The translations under genes were made by a program, and so were the position numbers. A stretch of 63,452 nt of DNA, filler included, from an uncultured Methanosarcinales archaeon (lineage in GTDB: Archaea; Nanobdellota; Nanobdellia; Woesearchaeales; B54-G15): NCBI GenBank assembly GCA_964519225.1. It is 3 parts of 3 records of this genome, joined end to end, with 100 filler letters (N's around TTAATTAATTAA, not from the genome) between each part and the next. Parts side by side here need not be neighbours in the genome. Positions count along the whole stretch, not along the records: positions 1 to 25,902 come from CAZFJK010000012.1; 2 more parts are not named here. One strand, given 5' to 3'. Below are positions 1 to 8,621 of the stretch, piece after piece; position 1 is the first letter of the stretch, and each line of letters opens with the position of its first letter. Under the pieces are notes generated by a model, which saw nothing but the letters and a program-made list of their open reading frames with translations, was not told the origin of the DNA and made no database searches.

Positions 1-376
1 AAAGTAGGATTGTTGAAAGCGAATCAAAGAGGATTTGATGTTCTTGCCATTTTCTTAAGATCTCTTTTTGGAGTTCTGTTATTGTGATTGATATTTCATT
101 AAATGCGAGAGGACTGCTAACGCGTTTTATATTTGGTGTATCATTTGAAAAAATACCAAGATTGTGAGAATAGCAATCAATGAATTTTATTAAATCTTGT
201 TTAAGAATTATGTTTGATTTGATGAATCTTTTCATTAGTGTTTCAGGAGAATCATCGGTTAGAATGTATATTTCAGGAATGTTTTTTGCTAAAGATGTTT
301 TTGTTAATGCAAGGGCAAGTTCGCGCTTTCCTTCAAGAGGGGGACCAAGTATAAGATTCGCTACGGGCATTTTCAT
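1..376 (-). CDS. KaiC/RAD55-like RecA-fold ATPase, partial (runs off window start; not in ORF track)
   Basis: My translation: MKMPVANLILGPPLEGKRELALAL...IKFIDCYS...ILFDSLSTILL. Variant Walker A (GPPLEGKR), FIDCYS and Walker B DSLS typical of archaeal KaiC-like proteins. ATGA overlap with the stop of 373-1440. Confidence 0.75.
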   Translation of the reverse strand, partial: MKMPVANLILGPPLEGKRELALALTKTSLAKNIPEIYILTDDSPETLMKRFIKSNIILKQDLIKFIDCYSHNLGIFSNDTPNIKRVSSPLAFNEISITITELQKEILRKWQEHQILFDSLSTILL

Positions 377-1440
377 GGATTTTTAAGGGCCCTTAATATA
401 TTCCTGGGCAGAAGTTTTTTCACTTGAGGTATTTTCTTGATTAAGCTCTGTACGTCTTTTCTCATCAGTATTGCTGCAAGCTTGCCATATTTACCCCGTA
501 GTGTTTTTAATAAGGTATTCAGAAGTGCATCCCTTAATTTTATTTCTTTGCTCATTCTTCTTAAAGCATTAGAAAGTTCCTCGAATTCGTTTGTTGTAGT
601 GTGTGGTAAAGCGATATTGAAGTTCCCTTGCTTGAGTTTATTGAGCGCCGACGTTAAACGCTTTAATGGGGTAGTAAGCATTTTTGCTATGATTATTGAC
701 GTTGTGATTGCTGCTATTAAAGTTGTAATGAATATTATTACTAAAACTGTGCTGAGCTCAGCAAAGGTTTGATCCATTATATCCATAAGACTGTTAAGTT
801 TTGCTTGTGAATCGTTTTCGATTTGATTTATTTGCTGATAGAATTCATCAACATATGCTGTAGCTGCAACATTCATTCGTTTTCCATCGGCTGTTGTTGC
901 GTTTATTGGAATTATGTGCATGTACTTCTCTCGCAACTTTCCAGTATTTGGCTCTTTCCAAATATAAAAGCCGTAAGACTCTGCTCCCGATAAAGACTTC
1001 GCCATTATCCGCCAAAATTCAGGAAGTTTATCAGCGAGGGAATGTAAATCAAGATCGACTATTTCTTTTTTCTTATGAAATCTGCAAATTCCTTTTGGAT
1101 ATTCTGTTAGGGCTGTATAACCTGTTTTTCCAACCGGTTGAACAGCTATCGCTTTGAAGGCGGGATCTCGTTGAAGTTCAATAAGAGTTTTATTGTGAGA
1201 TTTCATGTAAATCTCTGCCTGTTTGGCAACAGAATATGCCTTTTCGTGAACTACATCCGCTGCAACTTGCTTTAATAGTTCTTTATTGCTAGCTATTATT
1301 TTATTGATTGTTGTTTTAGAGACTTGTTGGAAATCCTTATCCATTCTGTTTAATGTTAAGTGGGAAAAGAGCATGCCTAAGAGAAGAGGTATTGTAGTTA
1401 AGCAGATAATGATGATAAACAATTTTGTCCTTAAATGCAT
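373..1440 (-). CDS. Membrane sensor: TM - extracellular Cache-like domain - TM - HAMP - short tail, no kinase or MCP domain
   Basis: Two hydrophobic helices; VGKTGYTAL...YGFYIWKEP Cache-like segment; HAMP (PLKRLTSALNKLKQGNFNIALP..NEFEELSNALRRM); only ~50 aa follow the HAMP. Confidence 0.8.
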   Translation of the reverse strand: MHLRTKLFIIIICLTTIPLLLGMLFSHLTLNRMDKDFQQVSKTTINKIIASNKELLKQVAADVVHEKAYSVAKQAEIYMKSHNKTLIELQRDPAFKAIAVQPVGKTGYTALTEYPKGICRFHKKKEIVDLDLHSLADKLPEFWRIMAKSLSGAESYGFYIWKEPNTGKLREKYMHIIPINATTADGKRMNVAATAYVDEFYQQINQIENDSQAKLNSLMDIMDQTFAELSTVLVIIFITTLIAAITTSIIIAKMLTTPLKRLTSALNKLKQGNFNIALPHTTTNEFEELSNALRRMSKEIKLRDALLNTLLKTLRGKYGKLAAILMRKDVQSLIKKIPQVKKLLPRNILRALKNP

Positions 1441-1444
1441 TCTA

Positions 1445-1810
1445 TCACCCCAAGATTTTTTTAATTTTATTTACAGCTTTTTTTAATTCAACAAGAACCA
1501 AGCCGAGATTTATTGTCGGTTTTGCCATTACAACAAGGATTGCCTGTTCGCCTGCTCCTGTTGTGACGATTTTAGCATCCTTTGCTTCAACAAGAACTAT
1601 CGAAACGCTTCCTTTTTTTAGTTCGCTAATTGCCGTTTCTGCTGCTCCCATCATTGTTGCTGACATAGCAGCAAAGGTATCAGCATCAACATCTTGAAGC
1701 ATTACTGAATCAATGAGTAAGCCATCTCTGGTTACAACTGCGGAACCTTCTATACCCCCTATTGAAGAAAGTTCTTTTAGAACAACATCTAGCTCATCCT
1801 TTTTTGGCAT
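1445..1810 (-). CDS. Roadblock/LC7 (MglB-like) protein
   Basis: GIEGSAVVTRDGLLI..FAAMSATMMGAAE..NLGLV signature; 121 aa. Confidence 0.92.
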   Translation of the reverse strand: MPKKDELDVVLKELSSIGGIEGSAVVTRDGLLIDSVMLQDVDADTFAAMSATMMGAAETAISELKKGSVSIVLVEAKDAKIVTTGAGEQAILVVMAKPTINLGLVLVELKKAVNKIKKILG

Positions 1811-3014
1811 TTTTTAAACCTCCTTCGATGAAGTTTTTAAATAAGGATTCGAATACGAGCTGAATATCTTCCTTGTTTAATTTGGCTGGTTGGTTTGGTT
1901 CTGGTTTAGAAGAAAGTCTCATTGGAATGATTGGATATTCTTTTGGAAGGTTAAGCAAAGACCGTGCTTTTTCTATTGAAAGGGCATTTGGAGATTCGAT
2001 TTTATTGAGAACTACAACACAGGGAAGCAATTCGAACTTTGTTTTTTCAAGCATCTTTCTTGCTCTTGGAAATGAATCAGGATTTGTAGCGTCAACGATA
2101 AGTATGACGCCAAGAGATTCGTTGGCGAGTAACTCAAGAATGGGGTCAAATCTTTCTTGTCCAGGCGTGCCAAAGAGATCTATTGAGATTCCGTCATATT
2201 CAACATGTCCGTGATCAAGTGCTATTGTTGTTCCCAGCCGATCAACTGAAACTGGATTAATTGAAGCTGAATGAACGAAACTGCTTTTTCCTGCGTTGAA
2301 GGGTCCTGTTACAAGAATTTTTGGAATGAAAACCTTTATTCCGCCAGGCTTAACCACAGTAAATGGTATATAGGTTTGAGGCAGTTTTTCAACCCAATCA
2401 GCTTTTGTAACTGTAAAAAAATCTCTGAGGATTACTTTTTCTTCGAACGTTTTTATTTCTAATACGGCGTTTGATAATGTTTTTAGTTGTGAAATGATTT
2501 CCTCCTCATATGCCCATTTTACAAAAAAAGGGATTAAGTTCCATTTCTTTTTTGACGCCTCCTGCTGAAAAAATTTGAATAAATCGATAAATTTTTCATC
2601 GGATTCGAGCATATCACAGAACAAAGAAAGCGAGTCTATTGCGAGTATGCCCTCTTCTTCTGTCTCTTTTAGCTTGTTTTTTAACTGATCTATTAGTGTT
2701 TTTATAATATTTTTTGGACTAACATATTCATTGGACGTTCCGATCAGAATCGAATAAATATCGACGAAGAAAAGATTTTTATTTAAGAAAGGAAGTAAAT
2801 CCCAACCATTTCTTTTACATAGCTCTATTATTGCTTCGGATCGTTTATTGTTTGTTATGTAGATAACTGGTCTATTTTCTTTCAGCCTTGTAAAGATCGC
2901 TTGATGGAGGAACTCTATACTTTTTGCACCTGGATCAGAAAGTATAAGCATGCTTTTGCCCTGCGGAATGCCTCTTCTGAGAATATCATCTAATTTTGTT
3001 ATTCCTGTTTTCAT
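1794..3014 (-). CDS. Fusion of a degenerate KaiC/RAD55 domain and an MglA/conservon-type small GTPase
   Basis: N-term MKTGITKLDDILRRGIPQG with broken Walker A (SDPGAKS) and DSLS; C-term G1 GPFNAGKSS, G2 GTTIALDHG, G3 FGTPGQERF, G4 NKIE. Confidence 0.88.
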   Translation of the reverse strand: MKTGITKLDDILRRGIPQGKSMLILSDPGAKSIEFLHQAIFTRLKENRPVIYITNNKRSEAIIELCKRNGWDLLPFLNKNLFFVDIYSILIGTSNEYVSPKNIIKTLIDQLKNKLKETEEEGILAIDSLSLFCDMLESDEKFIDLFKFFQQEASKKKWNLIPFFVKWAYEEEIISQLKTLSNAVLEIKTFEEKVILRDFFTVTKADWVEKLPQTYIPFTVVKPGGIKVFIPKILVTGPFNAGKSSFVHSASINPVSVDRLGTTIALDHGHVEYDGISIDLFGTPGQERFDPILELLANESLGVILIVDATNPDSFPRARKMLEKTKFELLPCVVVLNKIESPNALSIEKARSLLNLPKEYPIIPMRLSSKPEPNQPAKLNKEDIQLVFESLFKNFIEGGLKNAKKG

Positions 3015-3097
3015 TTGTGCAAATTAAACTCTTCAAAAATATAAGACTAATTTTACTCTGAAAAGAAAACAAAATTTTCTCCCTAGATTCAGGAGAA

Positions 3098-3886
3098 TCA
3101 ATCTTTTAATTGTATGTGTTTAGCTTTAGCGAATTCAAATTGAAATATTTTGTTGATAAGTTTTGTAAATTTCTCGCTGATTATCCAAAATCCGATATCC
3201 CTACCATATAGAATCTCATCATCATCCGGAATTGGTTCTATGAACATAGTATGTTTATCGTCTATTGTGAAGATATGCTGTATAATGTTGGGATTGTGTT
3301 TAATATTGCAAAAATTAAGCGATTTTATATCTTCTGTAATACGCTTTGACACAGGTGTGAGGATATTTATTACTACGCCACGCTCTTTTGCGTCTTGAAG
3401 TTGATCTTTTTGAAATACCAGTCTCGAAAGTCCATTTTCTGTGAGATATACATTTATTCGTTTTTTTGCTTTTCTGAATAATTCCTCGATTTTTTTATTG
3501 TTGTTCGCTCGACCAGTAATCATCCATACAGCAACAGAAGGCTCGTTTGCTTCTTTTGCTTCGGTGAAAATTGGTTCGAGTTTTGATATTATTTGTTTTT
3601 CAAGATATTGGTATTTTTCTTCTATTCTTTTTCTCGTTGCTTCAAGTACTTCTCTTGGGCTCGCTGCGCGACACTTAATTGGTTTTGATGGAAGCAACAT
3701 TGCAAAACCTTTTGACGCAAGGGAATTCATTATTTCGTATACCTTGCCATAAGGAATTCCTGTGATTTCACTAAGATGTTTTGCTGTTGTCAGCCCCTCT
3801 GATACAAGAGTGAAATATACTTTAGCTTCATATGTGTTTAAGCCGAGTTCGGTCAATGCTTCAATAAATTCTCTTGGACTATGCAT
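3098..3886 (-). CDS. TrmB-family transcriptional regulator
   Basis: LGLNTYEAKVYFTL..LSEITGIPYGKVYEIMNSLASKGF wHTH plus C-terminal PLD-like effector domain. Confidence 0.9.
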   Translation of the reverse strand: MHSPREFIEALTELGLNTYEAKVYFTLVSEGLTTAKHLSEITGIPYGKVYEIMNSLASKGFAMLLPSKPIKCRAASPREVLEATRKRIEEKYQYLEKQIISKLEPIFTEAKEANEPSVAVWMITGRANNNKKIEELFRKAKKRINVYLTENGLSRLVFQKDQLQDAKERGVVINILTPVSKRITEDIKSLNFCNIKHNPNIIQHIFTIDDKHTMFIEPIPDDDEILYGRDIGFWIISEKFTKLINKIFQFEFAKAKHIQLKD

Positions 3887-3929
3887 AGATTAATCCTTGG
3901 TTAAAGAGGAAAATAACTTTTACTGGAGA

Positions 3930-4058
3930 TTTGGGATAAATTTAAAGTAAAGTTTATCCATTTTATTATAACCTTTAGCTTTTTTTGATATATTTTTTTT
4001 ATTTTTGGGATAAATTTTTTGAATAAAATTAAAAAATAATTTAATTATTTATCCCAAA
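3930..4058. promoter_or_regulatory. Divergent promoter region with three copies of TTTGGGATAAAT
   Basis: Exact 12-mer at 3930-3941 (+), 4004-4015 (+) and 4047-4058 (-); partial inverted copy at 3951-3960. Confidence 0.55.
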
Positions 4059-4059
4059 T

Positions 4060-4698
4060 ATGGAAAAGGGGTGGTGGGAAGAATATGCTAAAGTGTATGA
4101 TAGAATAATTTGTCTTAGTTCGCTTTATAATGAATTACTCGACAGGGCAAGTAATACTTTTCCACTTGAAGGGAGAATTCTTGAGGTTGGATGTGGAACA
4201 GGAAATCTGCTTTCAAGATTAAAAGACGAGAAAAGAATGCTTTATGGTATTGATTCAAGTCCGGATATGCTTAGATCGGCTAAGGAAAAAGTTCCTGGTG
4301 CTGTGTTGGTTAAAGGCGATGCTGCCAAACTTCCTTTTAAAGACGCGTTCTTTGATGGCGTTGCTTGTCTCAATGTATTGTATGTTGTGGAAAATCCACA
4401 AAAAGTAATTGGCGAGGCGCATAGAATCCTTAAAAATAGTGGAATATATGTTGTGAGCGGGCCAAAGCCGAATCAGGATTTTTCTCTGCTGGTCGATTCG
4501 CTTAGAAGGGATGTTGATGGGAAAGTAAGTGAAGATGAACTCTCTTCATTTATCGAGATTAACAAAAGATTGATTGAAAATGCACGGTTGTACGAGAATG
4601 AGGATGTTGTGGAGATGCTTGAGTCTGCTGGTTTTTTTGTTAAACTAAACTCTTCTGCTTATCTTGGTCAGGCATATTTTGTTGTAGCACAAAAATAG
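4060..4698 (+). CDS. Class I SAM-dependent methyltransferase (UbiE/Methyltransf_11-like)
   Basis: ILEVGCGTG, GIDSSPDML and GDAAKLPFKDAFFDGV motifs. Confidence 0.9.
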   Translation: MEKGWWEEYAKVYDRIICLSSLYNELLDRASNTFPLEGRILEVGCGTGNLLSRLKDEKRMLYGIDSSPDMLRSAKEKVPGAVLVKGDAAKLPFKDAFFDGVACLNVLYVVENPQKVIGEAHRILKNSGIYVVSGPKPNQDFSLLVDSLRRDVDGKVSEDELSSFIEINKRLIENARLYENEDVVEMLESAGFFVKLNSSAYLGQAYFVVAQK

Positions 4699-4719
4699 AT
4701 TTTAAAAGGGGGTGGTAAA

Positions 4720-5328
4720 ATGGTAGAGTTTAAGAATTTAGAACTGCGGGTTGCTGAAACTGATGAAGAAAAAGAAGAATGTTATCGACTAAGATATGAG
4801 GTTTTTGCTCAACACGGTTTTATAGACCCAGAGGAATATCCTGATAAATGCGTAAAGGACGAATATGATCCTATTTCAACGATTTTCTATGCAGCAAAAT
4901 ATGAGAATGGCAAAAGGGAAATCATTGGTACTATAAGAGTAACTCCGCCAAACGAAAGAGGATTTCAAATTGAAGGGCTTTTCGAAGTAAGTGAATGGAA
5001 ATTAAGATATGGTTCTGATTTATGGGAATCATCAAAAGTTGTTGTTAGAAATAGGGGTAGAGAAGGCTTTGGCGCTTTACTCGGTCTCGCTGGTGCAGTT
5101 TATAGATTTCTGAAAGAGAATGGATTGAGGGCAATTGTTTATATGACTGGAGAATGGAATGAGCGAATGTACCGGAAACTTGGTGTTGTAAGAGCATACC
5201 CTAAGGTAAAAATTCATCCAAATGGTCAGCCAACAGTAGCTTTGCTATGGGATATAAAAAATGTCCCAGAAAAATATAAGACGATTTTCGATAGAATACC
5301 AATCCAAATTCCGACTCTAGTTGGTTAA
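4720..5328 (+). CDS. GNAT acyltransferase of the LuxI / FeeM (N-acyl amino acid synthase) fold
   Basis: YRLRYEVF..GF..DEYD, IGTIRV, WESSK, RMYRKLG follow the LuxI/FeeM motif order; Shine-Dalgarno ggggtgg upstream. Confidence 0.72.
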   Translation: MVEFKNLELRVAETDEEKEECYRLRYEVFAQHGFIDPEEYPDKCVKDEYDPISTIFYAAKYENGKREIIGTIRVTPPNERGFQIEGLFEVSEWKLRYGSDLWESSKVVVRNRGREGFGALLGLAGAVYRFLKENGLRAIVYMTGEWNERMYRKLGVVRAYPKVKIHPNGQPTVALLWDIKNVPEKYKTIFDRIPIQIPTLVG

Positions 5329-5990
5329 ATGGGGTTAGTATTTGAGACTGCAAAATAAACATCTTTCAATGCTCCAAGATGTGAGAATTCATGGCAGTGT
5401 CTTTTCGGTTCTTGGGATTTGAATAATGGACGAGTGTTTAGCTCCGACGTTGGCTTTATAATAAAAGTACAAATTGGATGGCCTGCTGCTATGCATTTCG
5501 TTTCGATACATGACATTGGGATTTTAGTGATTTCCTCAACCAATGCAGCTGCTTGACCTCTGATATAGTGGTCCACAAAATTGTCTCTCTGTACACCAAA
5601 AAATTTTTTGTATTCTTGAGCTATTGCAGATTTTCCTTGTAGGATGAAAATGTTTGATTTAGTATCAGTCTTTACCCATTTAAATTTTCCTATGCCAATG
5701 AATTCAGCCCATGATGTATTAAAATGGAGTAAATTGATCTTGTCCAGTTTTTTCCCATAGCCAAATCGTCTTTCAACCAATTTGAATGCTTGCTTTGCTT
5801 GGAATTTTCCAAGATTATAAAATATGTCAATTACGGCTTGCTTTCCATATAGTTTTTCTATTGTTGCATGTTGATAAACAAAAACATAAAGTGCTGTGAT
5901 TAAACTGGGCATATTCCAAAGAAGAACTTTTCCATTCTTCCATTTAAGTGCATTGAACCTTAGGATTTTCTCGAGAATGGATCCAAACAT
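5325..5990 (-). CDS. V4R (4-vinyl reductase-like) small-ligand-binding domain protein
   Basis: GIGKF..G.SAIA.EY..VDHYIRGQAAAL..CIETKCIAAGHPICTFII, a V4R signature. Confidence 0.88.
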   Translation of the reverse strand: MFGSILEKILRFNALKWKNGKVLLWNMPSLITALYVFVYQHATIEKLYGKQAVIDIFYNLGKFQAKQAFKLVERRFGYGKKLDKINLLHFNTSWAEFIGIGKFKWVKTDTKSNIFILQGKSAIAQEYKKFFGVQRDNFVDHYIRGQAAALVEEITKIPMSCIETKCIAAGHPICTFIIKPTSELNTRPLFKSQEPKRHCHEFSHLGALKDVYFAVSNTNPI

Positions 5991-5991
5991 T

Positions 5992-6696
5992 TTATTTTAT
6001 CTTATGTACGATCAGGCCTGTTTTATTTATTTCAAGAGGATGTATATCCTCGTCATGATTAACTTCACGCATTTTTCTAACATGCAATGATCTAGAAAAT
6101 GGACCGCCTATCGACTCATAAATAAGGTGAATTATGCCATCACAAAGGAATTCAGAAACGCCATCTCGAGAAAGTTGTCCGTCTGTTGTTTGTGAGATTA
6201 ATATAGTAACAATTCCATTTAGATTCCTAAGCTCGGCTATAAAAGAGTAAATGAACCTTTTAATAATAAAATCATTTACTTCGGTAACATCAACATAAGT
6301 TGTAGGTGTAATGAATGTTAACGTTGATAATGAGTCTATGACAAGCCTCTTGATTTTGTTTCTTTTTACAATATCTATGATTTCATTTATTGTGTTTTTT
6401 GTAATATCGGTAGCCTTCATGCAGAAAAAAATGACTTTTCCTTCTTTTTCAAGCTTATCAAAGTCCCAATTGAATTTCCTAGCTTGACTTTTAACGTTAT
6501 TCAGGTTTTCTTCAAAACTCACGAACATGCCTTTTTCATTAAACCGTGTTGCACCGTTGTATAAAAATTGAAGTCCGAAGATCGTTTTCCCTGTGCCTGG
6601 TGTTCCACTGAGTAAGATAATTTTCCCTGGCAAGAATCCGCCATGAATCAATTCATCGAATCCTTTTATTCCTGTTTTAATTTTCTTCAAGTTCAT
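5992..6696 (-). CDS. KaiC/RAD55-family ATPase (single domain)
   Basis: TGIKGFDELIHGG, Walker A GTPGTGKT, SFEE, Walker B VIDSLS, VRKMR. Confidence 0.93.
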   Translation of the reverse strand: MNLKKIKTGIKGFDELIHGGFLPGKIILLSGTPGTGKTIFGLQFLYNGATRFNEKGMFVSFEENLNNVKSQARKFNWDFDKLEKEGKVIFFCMKATDITKNTINEIIDIVKRNKIKRLVIDSLSTLTFITPTTYVDVTEVNDFIIKRFIYSFIAELRNLNGIVTILISQTTDGQLSRDGVSEFLCDGIIHLIYESIGGPFSRSLHVRKMREVNHDEDIHPLEINKTGLIVHKIK

Positions 6697-6697
6697 T

Positions 6698-6994
6698 TTA
6701 ATATTTATTGACGGTATATATGAAGATTACTTTTGTTTTTGTTTCGATTTTTTGGCAGAGGATTTCTCCGCCAAGCCTGAGATTCTTCCTTAGTTCTTTT
6801 GGAATGAGAAAATATTTCGTTGCTGAATTTTTTCCTCTTGAAGCAATGTTTGTCTTTATCTTTGCTGTTCTTTCTGAAAAGAGATGAACATCTTCAATGT
6901 GGCCTTCAAGTTGCAGAGCTTCAGAAGGGTCGAGGCTTACTGTGAAGATGATCTTGTTGTCGTTGGTGACCTTAGAACCAAGTATTACTCCCAT
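6698..6994 (-). CDS. Small protein with a possible AbrB-like DNA-binding motif
   Basis: RGKNSATKYFLIPKELRKNL resembles the AbrB/SpoVT swapped-hairpin motif; closely coupled to the kaiC-like gene. Confidence 0.5.
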   Translation of the reverse strand: MGVILGSKVTNDNKIIFTVSLDPSEALQLEGHIEDVHLFSERTAKIKTNIASRGKNSATKYFLIPKELRKNLRLGGEILCQKIETKTKVIFIYTVNKY

Positions 6995-6996
6995 TT

Positions 6997-7836
6997 TTAT
7001 CTTTTATTTTGTTTGGTGGATGTTTTTCTTCTATTTAAAGTTTTAGGATAAATTTGTGCTGATTTTTGCCTCTTTTTTAAATAAATTTTCAATGCAATCA
7101 ACATTCCCAAAAGGATAAAAAAGATGATGGCTGAAGTATTGATTTTGAGTTGTGTTTCGGCTTGTGTCCTTTGATTTATTTTCCCTCTGGATTTGGGTTT
7201 TATCAAGTCATGTCGTATTAATCCTTCTTGTGAATATACAAATATCTCAAAAGTACAATTTTCGCATGGTGGAAGTATATAAGTATAAGAACGTTGGCTA
7301 AGTGGAGGAAGAGCGATTGACGCTATTTTTTGAAGCTTGCTGCTAAGTTCGTTGATCTTTGAAAAAATATTTACTGTGTTATTTATGTTTCCTGCATTTT
7401 CAAGTGTTAAATAAAGAGTTGTGTTTTTTCCCTCGATTAATTCGAGTTTTTTAACAATAACGTGACTTATAATATCATTAGACAAAGTGATTATTAAAGG
7501 AAGAGTTTGTGCTACAACTGAAGCTGTTGTTATCAGATCTGCTGGCTTTCTTTCGATGGTTAAAAAGCCATGGTAAGAACCCGGTTGTGCTTGTTCTGGT
7601 GGTTTGATGATCAAAACCAATCTTTCAGGCGTTTGATTTATTGATATCCAATTGCTTATTTCGCCTATTGTGTAATAGTTGATATAGTCTGAATCGTTTA
7701 TTGGGAGACTATATTCGGCGTATCCGCCCGGCCTCACATTGCTAATCAGGATTTCGTTGTTTATTGTTGTCCCAAATGCAGGCAAGGTTTGCAAAAAAGC
7801 GAGAAAAATTGCTATAAAAAACAACTTTTTTACCAT
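6997..7836 (-). CDS. Secreted, C-terminally membrane-anchored beta-rich protein
   Basis: Signal peptide (MVKKLFFIAIFLAFLQTLPAFG), Ig/CARDB-like ENAGN strand, C-terminal TM helix and basic tail. Confidence 0.65.
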   Translation of the reverse strand: MVKKLFFIAIFLAFLQTLPAFGTTINNEILISNVRPGGYAEYSLPINDSDYINYYTIGEISNWISINQTPERLVLIIKPPEQAQPGSYHGFLTIERKPADLITTASVVAQTLPLIITLSNDIISHVIVKKLELIEGKNTTLYLTLENAGNINNTVNIFSKINELSSKLQKIASIALPPLSQRSYTYILPPCENCTFEIFVYSQEGLIRHDLIKPKSRGKINQRTQAETQLKINTSAIIFFILLGMLIALKIYLKKRQKSAQIYPKTLNRRKTSTKQNKR

Positions 7837-8057
7837 TCGCTAAACTAACTCATGAGAGAATTTTTCTTTTTTCTTTTCTCCCAACGGAGAAAAAACAAAA
7901 TTAACTTATCCAAGAAAAGAAAATCTTTTCTGAAGTTTTCATAAAGAAAGATTATGTTAAAGCTTGGAATTGGTTTGGTTGGTGGAGCTTTTGTTGCTTT
8001 TTTTATTTTAATTAAATTACTTAAAATGAGGCTTAGAAAACGAATATTAAGATTAGA

Positions 8058-8621
8058 ATGAAAAGCAGAGATTTGTTTCTAGCTTTCATATTTGGCATTG
8101 TTGGGATGTTTATTGCCGTTTTCTTTTTAATAAAAAATAAAGAGCTATTTATGCTTGTTCCTACCGCTGTTGCGCGAGGAGAAATCTGGAGATTTTTAAG
8201 CTACCATTTAATACATAAAAATCTGAGCCATTTAATTGAAAATTGCATTGGATTTTTCTTTGTTGGATTTATTGCATACGAACTTAAAGTAGGATTGAAG
8301 AGATATATTTTTGCGTATATAATTGCAGCTATTTTTGCTGTGCTGCCTATTTGGATTGTGTTTCGGTTCATAGCCTTTGGTGCTTCTGCTGCTGTACTTG
8401 CTTTATTTTCTTTTAGTTCGATAAACCTCACGCGATTGGGAGTTAGTTTGGTTGTGGTTTATTTTCTGTTATTAGGACTGATTGTAATTGGAAGTTCTGG
8501 AGAATATTCTTTTCTTGGCCATCTTACTGGATTTGGCTTTGGATTTTTGATCTATGGAATTTTCAGCTTGTTCGATAAAAGAAAACAAAAGATTTTGAGG
8601 AGGTGTAATGAAAATGTATAA
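8058..8621 (+). CDS. Rhomboid-family intramembrane serine protease
   Basis: GEIWRFLSYHLIHKNLSHLIEN, catalytic GAS, GHLTGFGFG. Confidence 0.85.
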   Translation: MKSRDLFLAFIFGIVGMFIAVFFLIKNKELFMLVPTAVARGEIWRFLSYHLIHKNLSHLIENCIGFFFVGFIAYELKVGLKRYIFAYIIAAIFAVLPIWIVFRFIAFGASAAVLALFSFSSINLTRLGVSLVVVYFLLLGLIVIGSSGEYSFLGHLTGFGFGFLIYGIFSLFDKRKQKILRRCNENV

